Shown piece after piece: positions 48,901 through 60,413 of a stretch of DNA of 64,000 nt. The DNA comes from Amphiscolops sp. MND2022 (taxonomy: Eukaryota). The translations under genes and the position numbers were made by a program. The stretch lies in assembly GCA_964187785.1 (NCBI GenBank), contig OZ076419.1:20584001-20648000 (forward strand), given 5' to 3'. A model generated the notes under the pieces. It saw only the letters and a program-made list of their open reading frames with translations, was not told the origin of the DNA and did not search any database. Positions within the stretch are counted from its first letter, which is position 1; every line of letters begins with the position of its first letter.

Positions 48901-49770
48901 GCTCGGGCCAAAAAAATTCGTCCATCCTTGTCTTCTAAAGCTAGTCGACAGGTGCCAAGCAGAGCCACCGTTCTTCCCTGATCTGACCTTGAAATGGCTT
49001 TGTCAGAAGTACTTGTCAGAGTTGTTTGGGTTTCGGGATTGTCCGTAGTTGAAACATTTGCCTTTTCGAAACGTTTTGGTTGATTGGCAACATCAATATG
49101 CAACAAACTGTGATGTTTCTTGCTGCAGTGACAACAAGAAAATTTACTGGGGCAGTTGACGACGGCATGTCCTAGTCTTAAGCAGTTAAAACAAAGATTC
49201 TTTGATTGAACAAACTGCTTCCTCTGTAATGGTGTCATTGTCTTGAACTCGTCAGTCTTTGCAACTGATTGATCCGTGGGTTGAACAGTGCACTTCCTAC
49301 TCTCCAGTTGGGTGGCGTACGATTGAAATTTCCGATCGGAAACGGATCCAGTGGCAGAATTCTGGTCACAAAATTTCGGTTTTTCTTGACCCTTTGTTGA
49401 ATTTTTCTCGATTGTTTCAAGTGCACGCGCCCTCGTGTCAATGAACTTGAGCAAATCAGGAAGTTTCTGCAACTCAGTGCCTGACTGCTGCAGTTCCCAT
49501 TGTTTTCGAGTTTCAATGTTTAGTTTACCAGAAAGAACATGCAAAAGAATTGGGTCCCAGTCGTTACAGTTGCATCCTTGGGCTTCCAGGGCAGCTACAT
49601 TCTCATGGAATGGTTCCAGTAGTTTTCTGAGACCATTTCCATTCTCGCACTTGATTACTCCTTGGTTGAGAATTTCGTCGAGGTGCATTCTCACAATAAA
49701 GCACTTATTAGCATATCGTTGCTCTAGGATGTTTCTGGCATTCTCGTAATTAGTAGACGAGAGTATTTAG
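45911..49770 (-). pseudogene. Outer element gag (N-terminus lost), protease, RT, RNaseH and integrase N-terminal part, with multiple disruptions
   Basis: CFNCLRLGHAVVNC, ALLDSGSETNF, YLPHH...KLRVVFDA, FYVDDMLSG (~47660-47690), LHLFCDAS, KSKVAP, NPADLATRG, HAG...CIKC, PFTYTGVDFTG. Confidence 0.92.
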
Positions 49771-49892
49771 TTAACTAGAGTATTTACCTCGGGACCTTTT
49801 GAGCCGTCGGAGCTTGTCTGTCGTCAGGCTGCTCACTGCTTCTGATTGCGAAGCATTTCGTTCTTCATGACCGTCCATTCTATCACGTTGTC

Positions 49893-49913
49893 TGCTCCCG
49901 GGTCGCGGCACCA
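49893..49913 (-). promoter_or_regulatory. Primer-binding site of the outer element, tRNA-His-like
   Basis: Minus strand TGGTGCCGCGACCCGGGAGC, a few T after the LTR-terminal CA. It resembles the TGGTGCCGTGAC complement of tRNA-His. Confidence 0.7.
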
Positions 49914-49918
49914 AAAAA

Positions 49919-50816
49919 TGGATCTTCGTGAAGCTCGAATGTCAAAACTTCGCTCAGAATTTTAGAAGGGATGTGCAACGCTTAGGATGATTGGTCTTGG
50001 TTCTTGGTGAAATAGTTTCAAAACCTTCAGTTTAACAAGTGAAAGACTGAATTTCAGATTATTGAGTAACAACTGAGGGAAAATCAACAAAATTAAGCAT
50101 GTCACCATGCACAAATTATATTTTCATTCATAAACATGTACAAGTACACGTTACAGTGTTGAATCAAACTTTTGCATTAACGATCATCAAAATGATAAAT
50201 AATTGCTACTGTTTAACAGTGAAATAGAGAAAATGGAGCTGCAAAAAAATTTCCAATGATGAAAGATACACTGGATTTTCAGGATTTCAGTTGAAAGATT
50301 TTCAGGATTTAGTGAAACCATCGAATTGGGCAAAATGGGGTATTTTTAGTGACCATAATAAAATTGCGGAAATGAGTGTGCAAGCAAAACAACGTTGTAT
50401 TCAAGCTATTTGGACATTAGTCTAGTGCACTGTTGTGTTTTTGAGGGTTATAAAAGCAATTAACAAATATTAAAGCAAATTGATGAAATCAGGATCACGG
50501 GGCAGAGGAAATGTTAATCAGCACATGGATATGTTACTGCCAATGCAGACTGAATTCCATAGAACAGTGCACTTCATTTCTGTTGTCTGTTGCTGTTGCA
50601 TTCTATTCTGTTCGTTTCTATCTTCTATCTGGGTTGCTTTATGGTCACTAAATTCCAGACGTTTTTCAAGTAAGCCATGTCTAAGAAAACGTTTGAAAGG
50701 AGAGTGTCAGTGGACGCTGACTATTAAGAGCAGGATGAGTGGGAGGAGTATTGGTTCGGTGACTGGGTCACCCGAGATGAAGAGGAGGATGCGGAGAGGT
50801 ATGATAAGTTGCGAAT
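49919..50816 (-). repeat. 5' LTR remnant of the outer element, lacking the part equivalent to 38104-38537
   Basis: Aligns with 37220-38103 up to gataagttgcgaat, with visibly more differences than the nested LTR pair. Confidence 0.9.
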
Positions 50817-50854
50817 GGTCTGTGCGACGGTGAGGGCGAGCGTGCATTCATCGG

Positions 50855-51174
50855 ATATGCCCCACATTATATTTTCGCTCTCAAAAAGTATGTTTTTGCA
50901 GATGTAGACAACTGCTCTGCCCACTTTGCCCAATTTCGATGCCCACTTTGCCGAATTCCAATGCCCACTTTGCCGGAAAAAAATTCGGCAAAATGGGCAA
51001 GGTAGGGACACTTTGCCGAATTCAAGGAATATGGGACATTTTGCCGAAACCCATTTTGCCGAATTAGGCAAAGTGTCCCTACCTTGCCCATTTTGCGGAA
51101 CTTTTTTTCGGGAAAGTGGGCATCGAAATTCGGCATACATCGCATATGCCCCACATTTTATTTTTGCTTTCAGA
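50855..51174. mobile_element. Foldback/MITE-like palindromic element between ~30-bp direct repeats
   Basis: Inverted arms of ~75-95 bp (about 50928-51024 and 51060-51135) built of tgcccactttgccg motifs. atatgccccacatt...gct.tca.aa occurs at 50855 and 51144. Confidence 0.6.
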
Positions 51175-51499
51175 ACACATTGTTGATCATAAAGAGGTTA
51201 GACCTAAGTATTTTAGATAAAATTAGATCTGAAAGTTAGACCAAACAGTTAGATCTAATTCTATTAGACCCAAGCAAGTAGATCAAAGGCGTACACTCCC
51301 TTTTTGACATTTGAGGAGCACACGACAACTGTTTCGGTGTCTAGTTACCTCCTGTCACGTTTATGATAAAAGTTATGAAATCTGTTTTACTGCCATTCAA
51401 ATTTAGTCGACGGGACCTTAGGTAACTTTCAAGTTTCAAAGTATTTGTTTGCAAACATTGCAAAGCAATGTCAGGGTACTGATGACTACAAAAAGTTAT

Positions 51500-53480
51500 C
51501 AACTACGTTATCTGTCCAGTCAAGTCATTGGCATATAAGTTGAAGAGCAGTGGTCCTAAAATTGTGCACTGAGGAACGCCTTGCTTCAGTTCTATCAAAT
51601 CCAATTTGACACCATTCAATGAAACCTGCTGCAGTCTGTCACTGAGGAAACTTTTTATAAAGCTGATGGCCGAAGATGAGAAACTAAGAGACTTGAGTTT
51701 AGACAAAAGGATTTCATGTGAAAGTTAGTCAAAACCTTTTGATAAATCCAGCAAGACTGCATGAACTATTTTTCCAACCTGAATTTCTTGTTTAACTGAT
51801 TCGGTGAAAAACAGAACAGCATCTTCTACTGATACTTTTTTCCTAATACCAAATTGGAGTGGAGCGAGGAGTCTTTTTTCTTCAATGTCAGCTGTAATTT
51901 GCCTATGAATACTTTTTTCAACGATTTTGGAGAACGTTGTTGTAATCGAAATGAGACGATAATTTTTGGGAGCTAGGATGTCATTTTTTTGAAAAATGGG
52001 GGTTATAGTTGCTCTCTTTAACATCGTAGGAAAGACACTTTCATTAATGCACTGAATGTTAAGTGAGAAGACAAAATTTGCTTTCGATCGATTATAGCCC
52101 AAGCGGGCACCTTACAAGGACCGGTAGGTTTGTTCGGTTTCAACTCATTGATGATATCGTAAAAATCTTTCACTGTGATTGGACTGAAAGAGAACGAAGA
52201 ATCACCGGAAAGGAAGGAATGTAACTTCATCAGTGATATTACCACAATTGTGACCAAGGTTCGAAAGTATCAGGTTGAAATGATCGGTCATTTCCTTGTC
52301 ATCAACTATTGTTTTACCGAATGAATTTCTCACTGCTGCAAGATTGACCGACTTTTTATGTTCTCGGGCGTTATTTATGAATATCCATCTCTCCTTAGCG
52401 GTGCACAGAGAGGAAAAACAGCTCCAGGCAAATTTCTCTTGCTTTTCTTTTAGTACCTTAGAAAGTTGAATTCAATGTTTTGAGTACATAGACCAGGTTT
52501 GAGCAGAGGTGTTATTACAGTATTCGTAGTGGGCTGCTTGGCATGCCTGGGTTAAGGTTTTGTTCACGCTGTCATATACGGATTCTTTGAAAAGTTTAGG
52601 GGTCCTTTTTTAGAGAAATATTTTTTGACGGGTGCATGCTCTTCCACAACACTAGCTAAAATATAGACAAACTGATTGAACATATCAGTAGCATTCGAGC
52701 AACTAAAGATTCTCAATCATGGGATATTTGGTAGTGACTGACAGAAAGCGGCTTTTTGGTAAGTACTCAAATCGAACTTCTGCAAGATTTTGCAATTCTG
52801 TTTTTCAGCGAAAATGTTTGTGAAAAATACTGAGCCAAAATGATCTGTTTTAAAAGGTTTTTTAAACACAAAGCATTTACCGACTAAGATGTTTTCAGCT
52901 ATTATATAGTCAATGTGGGTTTTTGTAGTCTTACAGACACGCGTAGGTAAATAGGGGCTAGCTACGGACAACCCATATGGTTATATGACTGTTTCTAGGC
53001 TTTCCCGTTCAAGTGGGGTGAGGTAGTCATTTTGTAACCACCCATCATTGTTTTGTTTGGAGTTTTGCATGTGGAGTTGTCTATACTTGTTTCTAATTGT
53101 TCAAGAAAATCATTTTGAAATTGTTTCAAAGGATCATTTGTTACGTTAATCAACATGATTTTCTTGCATTTTTTGAGAAATTCCTACATTCTACCCAGAT
53201 GGAGTCGAATTTAGTTTTATCAAATAGGTTTAGATCTTTTCGTATCCTCGAGCAAGTTTCACAGGTACAAATTGCATTACACCACAGCCCTTTTTTTCGA
53301 ATTTGCAGATTTTTTGTCGTATCTGAAAAGCTCGTGGGTGTTTGAAGCTACATTCCAAAAAACCAAGTCATCACTAGGAGTTAACCAACTTACGAAATAA
53401 TTTATCCAATCTGTCAGTTTTTTCAGTCGATACTTTGGTGCCTATTCTTGCAACCGAATTTACAAAATAGGTCCCGAACA
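51500..53480 (-). mobile_element. Decayed CR1/L2-type LINE ORF2 (endonuclease to mid-RT)
   Basis: THIDYII...TDHF (52971-52717), KNYRLISITTTFSKIVEK, QFGIRKK, LDLSKGFD, GVPQCTILGPLLFNLYANDL; endonuclease-like frame at ~53400-53050. Confidence 0.85.
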
Positions 53481-53599
53481 GCAGAATTCAAATTACTAGC
53501 TTTCAGTGCTGTTGCAGCCACTATGTATTTAACTTTATTTGAAGAAGTTAGCATATTTGTTGAATGGCTTGGTCGCTTCGCTTCCTTCGCCAAGTAGCA

Positions 53600-53780
53600 A
53601 CATTGAGGCCTGGCCATAAGGCTCGTCAGTAGCTTGTGTTTATTAACCGTACGTTGCCCTAAGGGGGGATGGTGTGGTAAAATAGAATTTCTACCAAAGA
53701 CAATGAGTCCTCCCGGGACTCGAGCCTCGCCGGTTGAGATGATGGCCGAGTACAATAGCCACTCGGCCATCGGGAGGAGG
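53600..53780 (-). mobile_element. Putative tRNA-derived SINE head
   Basis: Minus strand has the A-box TGGCCGAGTGG (53769-53759) and a B-box-like GGCTCGAGTCC (53726-53716), framed by complementary TCCTCCCG...CGGGAGGA. There is no proper anticodon arm. The 3' extent is uncertain. Confidence 0.55.
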
Positions 53781-54169
53781 AACACTGTATTATCAGCTCG
53801 CTTATGTAGTCCTCCATCAGATATCATAGATCTTCGTTATCACATCAATCAAGTGCCATATGTATCATCATGTTGGGGGGAGAAGACACACACCCATGGT
53901 CTGCAACGAACGTAGGGAACCCCATACTAGCCACTATCCCAGTAGACCAGTAACAAAAATACCAACCAACAAACTACTCATACCAGCCACTATCCCAACC
54001 GACCGGTAGAATATTTTAAATCTGCAAAGATATAGAGGTTTAAAAAAACTATACGTAATGAAATTCTTCGAACGCATCTCTGTTGCTCACAGTTCCTAGA
54101 ACACAGGCCGCATTGCCGATCTCAAGAGCCATTGAAATCCGATGCTTCAAAAAGCTGCCAGCTGTTTAC

Positions 54170-54970
54170 CCAGGTATTTCAATACCAAGCGAAGTTGGTA
54201 TTGGTCTTGACTGATTTGGTATTGGTTTTGGTATTGAAGTCTTCATCAAAACCAGTGTTTGGTATTGGTTTTGGTATTGATTTCAAGATATGCCTGAAAA
54301 CAGGAAACCCCACAATAAGTATCTGTCAAATACAATTCCATCTTCAACTTACGTTCTCAGAAAACTTGTATAACGTTATGGAATGTTTATTCGCGCAGTT
54401 TCAAAGTATAAACGCAAAACAATGGCAACTTACAAAACCTAACTTAGAAGAAATACTGCACTTTGAGTGATGTGGGATGTGAGGGAAGAGCAATACGCAA
54501 TTATTCAGGCATAAAAGATTTGTTCTTACTAATGAACACGTTGCGACTGTGATTTTCAACAGTCAAACGACATTGGAAATAGTTATGTGAGCATCTGCAC
54601 AACGGAAACAGACGCTCAGAATCTACACTGACCGGGCGAAAACTCTTCATATAACTCTCAACATAGAAGTTTTCGTCCAGTAATCGCTAAGAAAAATCAT
54701 GAATAAGCGGCACAACCTCGACGCAGTCGTTATTGTTATCAGCCATCCCAAAACTGAAAAAACGCAAATTCATTGCACATAAACACTTATCATACATAAT
54801 AATTAGTAAAACACCCATTTGTTGAATACTGAAAAAGAAATTGGTTGCAAAAAACTGAAAGTTTAAATACATTTCAAAACAGATAAAAATTTTGTATTGG
54901 TATTTACGAGATTTGGTATTGGTATTGGTTTTGAAGTTTTGATTGAAAGGCGGTATTGGTTTTGGATACG
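54170..54970 (+). repeat. Two clusters of degenerate ttggtattggttttggtattg repeats (54170-54290 and 54890-54970)
   Basis: The motif ggtattg recurs about ten times in the same orientation; these may be subterminal repeats of a DNA transposon. Confidence 0.6.
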
Positions 54971-55005
54971 GGACATTTTGCTGAAAAACAGTTTGCCGAA
55001 AATTG

Positions 55006-55593
55006 AATCCAATTTGACACCATTCAATGAAACCTGCTGCAGTCTGTCACTGAGGAAACTTTTTATAAAGCTGATGGCCGAAGATGAGAAACTAAGAGAC
55101 TTGAGTTTAGACAAAAGGATTTCATGTGAAAGTTAGTCAAAACCTTTTGATAAATCCAGCAAGACTGCATGAACTATTTTTCCAACCTGAATTTCTTGTT
55201 TAACTGATTCGGTGAAAAACAGAACAGCATCTTCTACTGATACTTTTTTCCTAATACCAAATTGGAGTGGAGCGAGGAGACTTTTTTCTTCAATGTCAGC
55301 TGTAATTTGCCTATGAATACTTTTTTCAACGATTTTGGAGAACGTTGTTGTTATCGAAATGGGACGATAATTTTTGGGATCTAGAGTGTCAATTTTTTGA
55401 AAAACGGGGGTTATAGTCGCTCTCTTTAACATCGTAGGAAAGACACTTTCATTATTGCACTCATTCAATATGAATCTTAAGTGAGAAGTCAAAATTTGCT
55501 TTCGATCCATTATAGCCCAAGCGGGCACCTTACAAGGACCGGTAGGTTTGTTCGCTTTCAACTCATTGATGATATCATAACAATCTTTCACTG
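55006..55593 (-). mobile_element. Second copy of the LINE RT segment 51599-52174
   Basis: High identity, including the same in-frame stop after DLSKGFD. Confidence 0.88.
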
Positions 55594-56040
55594 CGTCTGC
55601 AGTATCTTTGGTTGGGTTACATTGTCGGTCATTGATTCTCTCAAATGGTGGATTTCGGTCACAATGTCGTCGAAGTTCTGGATGGACGATTGTGGGTATC
55701 AGGTGGGAGGTGGTCGTTGCGGGTTCGTATGTTCATTTACAATGATTCCTGCCAAAGGTGACTCTATGTCACAATCACATTAAGTGTCTGGGTTGACAGC
55801 ATTCTGCGTGTTCTCTTCCCTATTAGGAGGAGCGTTACGTCCTTTAGTCGAATCGGTAAAAGCAATCTGATCTGCTAAGGTTTTGACAATGGAAGTCAGT
55901 TCCTTAATCTGGTTGTTCATTTCTATAAATTTTTGGTCATTTCTGACTCCTTCATGATCTTTTTCGAGATCTAGCAAGTTTGCTCTACTGAAATCGTTAG
56001 ACGCGCCATTCCGGGAAGCTAGCTTCACTATCGTTATCAC
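55594..56040 (-). pseudogene. Possible LTR-retrotransposon (Ty3/Gypsy-like) gag N-terminal fragment
   Basis: Coiled-coil-like EKDHEGVRNDQKFIEMNNQIKELTSIVKTL, then ...TQPKILQTQ, cut at the LINE junction. The call rests on recalled resemblance only. Confidence 0.4.
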
Positions 56041-56799
56041 TGTTGTATTTCATTTCTATTAACTCTGTTACTTTGCTCTTAGAGGTTTGCGACTTAATTG
56101 ATAACATAAGGATAAGAAGTTTAGCGTTTGAGTTGAATTGGAGAATTTATGAAGATTTTGGTGAAGTATTTCTACTGAAGTTTTGTGACGTAGGTAGCAA
56201 GTGCACGTTACAAGAAGGCCAAAGTAAATGGTTGCGCGATAGCACCTGCTGTTGAGTACTAAGGCTGGTCGCGTGACCGCATTTGCCAATCATATTGCGT
56301 TATTTTATTGTTGATAATTAGCACCTAGTGTTCGGAAGCGCATTTTACGTCTAAAGGTGTGAGTGCAGTGATGGTGCGTTACTATAATCGTGCGTTACGT
56401 GAATCATTAAATAATACATATTATTACTATAGATAAAATAATTGCACTTTTACGAGAGTATGATGATGTTATATCACCATTGTTGAGTAATCGGCGAACT
56501 ATGAACTAGGCAAAAGTGCGTATTATAAAACTACAAGCACTTTTGGCACATGGTTAACGTATTCGACCCAACTACATCGAATTTCGAAAGTGGTTTTGAT
56601 TGAAAGTGAAAGTGGTTATTCTGCATGGTTATATGAAAGGTGCACGTAACACAGCCGAGTTGGCTTACTGATTTATAATTCACAGAATAGGCATGTAAAA
56701 TGTTTAAATTTATTTCGTAATGCTGTGTAATCAGCTACTCTATGTTCCGGTTCCTCCGATTTTCCTTTCTGGCCTTGTGACGTTGTGTGTGTAGCGGCG

Positions 56800-59700
56800 T
56801 CACTTCGTTAATTTCATGTGTTTCGTTTTTCCGTTCACAGTTTTTGTCAAGTAGTGATGCGTGGTTAACAGCATCAATTGTTAATTATAGTTTCAATCTT
56901 GCGTATTGCATGGCACGTAGGGACTCGGCCAGAATTTTCCTCATTTTCACGAGGAAAGGAGTCTTTGCTGTTTTTGCGAGAAGTTTACATTGCAACATCT
57001 CTAACCTCTGAGACCATTGGGAAGGAGTAGTGGATTCTCGGTTGGAGCAGAAGTACAGGAAAATGCGTCAAAAGCCTCTGCTTGACAAGGCATGCAGATC
57101 TTTGCGCTTTTGAAGACTGACGAGTTAGATTGGACCGGTTACCTGTGCCTTCGGTAATTCAAGATTCACGACTGGAGTGTTCAGCAAAAAAGTGAATCGT
57201 AATTGAGGAAGCTGACGCTCACCCTGCAGCAGGTCCAGCCTGAATGAAAATTGCGACTACTTGTGTATACTTTCACCATTTTGCTTCTGTTCTAAAGTCT
57301 TGAATTGTGGATGTAGCAACTTGTGATGCAATTTGTTGCAACCATTTTTGTCAGAACTAATTGTAAATTGATGTGTGTCTGACAAACATTCCAAGCAAAG
57401 CTTAGATTCTTTTGGGGTCGGGCCTTTTCAGCTGCATTCTTCTTGAATTTCTCACGTTTTCCTAATTGATGCATGCCATTTTAAGCACCCTTTCCCGCTA
57501 ACACTTAAAGTTGATCTTCGCTGGGTTTGTTGTTGATGTTGCAAACCCCAAGTTGATACATGTTCATTTTTGCTCAAAAGAGACTTTGTTTTTATGTCCA
57601 TTGTCCTTGTGCCACTTTCCAGAACCCCATCCGAAAATAGGTCTCATGACATTCACAAAAAAAGACACTATTCTCGCTTACTTCATCAAAACTGCTTGAT
57701 CATAAAGTTTCATCGGTGATATAGTTGCCCCAGTCGAGCATTTTCAACCATTAGAGATTTCTAATAGACAAACTAGCACGTTCCACCCCGCATTATACAT
57801 CTCAACAGTATTTCCGAGGCCGGCAATCGTTGCTTTGGCTTCGCCCGTGACCATTGATTTCAAGTGGCACATCTTTGAACTGTCGTCCATGTTTGCTGCC
57901 ACTCAGGCCACACCAACCATAAATTAATTTGACAAACACTTACCGTCATTCACGGATTTGTTGTGGCAAATTCATTTCTCTCTTTGCCGTTGCTTTTCGA
58001 CTACACGCTCCGTTGTCAGTTTTCATTCTGTGATTTCTATCATCTCGCATAGTAGCTTCTGTGGGTGTGGTCGCTTTCTCAGTAGCTCTTGAGTACCTTG
58101 CACGTCCTTTGTGACCTGATTGCGCTGTATCCACTGGTTTTAACACCAATTTTTTCGACCGTACTGATGACTCCTTGTTGGTCGCGGCCAAATTGACTGT
58201 TTCTGTCTTGTCCGTCTATCTTGACTAATTTGTGAAAGTGTCAACTGATGGCGCGACCGGTGAGAAACTTCGGAACCTAGTCCCATCACTACTTGAAACT
58301 CCCGCAATTTCTTTCTCTGATTGGCTGTTTTGGCTTCGCGCTCCAGCTTTTCTCGCAACTCAGCTATTTCCTTTTATTTTGTCTTCGCATTAGTTTCTCC
58401 AAACGGACTTGCACTTCGACATGATCTTTCGTAGCTGTTAGCACTAACTGTATTTTATCTTGCCTTTGAGGTTTTCGAGAACAGAGAAAGATTGTTTCTG
58501 CTGCTTTTAGTTTCTTTCAATTACGAAGATATGTTCAGTTCCCTGGCTTCTGGTGTAATGATCTGGCTTCACTCTCTGGCTTCAGGTTGTCATCGAAATG
58601 ACGATTCTCGATTTGCATTTGCTCGTTGTTCAGTTCCGCCTCCTCTTGGACGAGGTACGGCAATCACGGGATTTATCTGCTGTCGACTTAGGCCGACAAT
58701 CTGCAAGTGTTTGCCCAGCTTCTTCAAGACATCGCAAAGTGGTTTCCGCGTCGCCTGGTTTCAGGGAAGCCCTATTTGCAATATATCTCATAGTTTCGAA
58801 ATGTTTTATTAATTAGCTGCCTATAGTTTTCTCAGTTGTAAAATTCGCCGTCTGCAATTTGATTATTGCGCCATTTTTCATAGCTAACGATACTTTCATC
58901 TATACCCTGTCTCAAGATTTTGTTAGTTTTGTATCTCATTCCCATCCTCTGTTGCTGAACATCAACAGTTTCAACCTTCCAATGATAGTGTTTTTTGCAG
59001 CAAATCTTCAATTCGACTCTACAAAGCTTTGTTCACGTCTGCGGACACCTCGGATATCTGAGGTTGATACTTGAGTTTTACTGAGTTTTTGACACTAGTT
59101 GTTTCAATCATCGTTCTTTGCTGAGTTCTCGTCAATTTTGATGACCGACTTAGCGTGGTTGGCAGCTTCATAACAATAAATTATTGCTTGGGATCTTTTC
59201 TGTCTTCTTTTCTGTCATTTTTGTTGTTTTCAATCTGCTTGGGTTCTCCATCTCTTTGCTTCGCCATGAAACTTACTATTACAAATGATCAAGTTCAAAG
59301 GTTTTACTATGTCTAGACTCCCAAAGTCACACAGTTAACTTCGGGAGTCAAAACAGCACATACTCCCAAAACAAAAGTCCAAACTCCCAAAGTCACGAGA
59401 GCCCGAACTCCCAGAACAACAAAAGCGCAAACACCCAGAGTCAACATAACCGAAGCATCCAGAGTTAGATATTTTTCCCTTCTTGAGCATCCTACTCCGG
59501 TTATGTCTACCATCAAATCGCTGTCCGGGTCGTTTGACCAAGTGTAACAGCTGCTTGCTCTTGTTTTATGCCAAAACTTGACAAGTTGATCGATTGTTTA
59601 GTACTGTAGACCGTTACTAAACGTTCCGGCTTCTCTTGTTTGTGAAGGACTGTATCTTGCAGTTTGTGGGTCCGATGTAACCCCGGGATTAACCCATAAC

Positions 59701-59903
59701 CTGCGATTCCGCTTCACACTTGGTTGGGTCGTCTGGGATCCGTCGAAAACGCGCTCCTTTATCTTTACGCGCTCCAACGCTCCAACTATGAGAGTATCTA
59801 CTTGTTCACTTTGACTGGTTAGCGAAAAATTGTAAACACTGTGGAAGTTAGTTATTCTCCAGATCTGGTATTGCAGAATTTTGTTATTTCTGTTATCATA
59901 CAT
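56800..59903 (-). mobile_element. Third BEL/Pao element, sister family of the nested element: 5' LTR, PBS, leader repeats and decayed gag; 3' part missing
   Basis: SSDGTRFRSFSPV matches SSDGSSFRSISPV. MDDSSKMCHLKSMVTGEAKATIAGLGNTVEMYNAGWNVLV matches IDDSVKMNHLKTMVTGKAKEAIAGLGYTAEMYNVAWNVLV. ECVLKNG..EKFKK matches ECALKDG..EKFKK. The left boundary is approximate. Confidence 0.82.
59543..59903 (-). repeat. 5' LTR of the third BEL/Pao element (361 bp)
   Basis: Minus strand TGTATG...GTTACA, followed after 2 nt by the PBS TGGTCAAACGACCCGGAC (59540-59523). Confidence 0.78.
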
Positions 59904-60413
59904 TTGCGATCGAATAAATGTTTTTTTCTTGGCTTTTTTGAAAGTCTATCGAGGACATTCATGAGAAGCGGGAACCTTTCCGCAGGTATCAGCGTGTCAC
60001 GCACACATCCCTCTGTCCCGCATCCATAAGGGCTTCCAATGGTCTTAGTGAGGAGCTCGCTGCTAGCTTGTCGTTATGAAAACTATGTTATAAGATTTCC
60101 TGAGTGGATTGATTTAACCAATGATATTTCAAAACTTTCGGGAGAAAAAAGTGAAAACATATCACAATTAAATTAAAAGTCGTTTGGGGGAAGAATACTT
60201 ATTCAGTTTTTGCATTTTTTGGAATCATCCTTACTAAAAAATTATAATCAATAGGAACAGCTACACAAGTCTGTAGGACTGAAGTTGCTGGAGTTATGAA
60301 AGGAGCTCATTAAATTTTCATTCAAGCAGCGTTTTTGTCTTCGAACTGTTTTTGAGAACATGTTTCCATGCGACTTTGACGTTGTCAAATTGTGTGGTTG
60401 TATTACTTCCATT

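Larger units (their letters stand above)
37220..50816 (-). mobile_element. Outer BEL/Pao LTR retrotransposon, decayed; 5' LTR truncated; carries a nested element
   Basis: LTR copies at 37220-38537 and 49919-50816, a PBS and a PPT. Domain order is gag-PR-RT-RNaseH-IN with Pao-type motifs. Confidence 0.93.

Noticed and set aside
37215-50825. Target-site duplication for the outer BEL/Pao element
   Set aside because: The outer end of the 5' LTR is missing, so the flank ccacg at 37215-37219 has no partner to compare.
53716-53780. Functional tRNA gene
   Set aside because: There is no anticodon arm, the B box is altered (GGCTCGAG), and T-stem pairing is poor. It is kept only as a SINE-like head.
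56240-56780. LTR and PBS for the gag-like fragment at 55594-56040
   Set aside because: An AATAAA and a TGG are present on the minus strand, but there is no clean CA-PBS junction and no second LTR.
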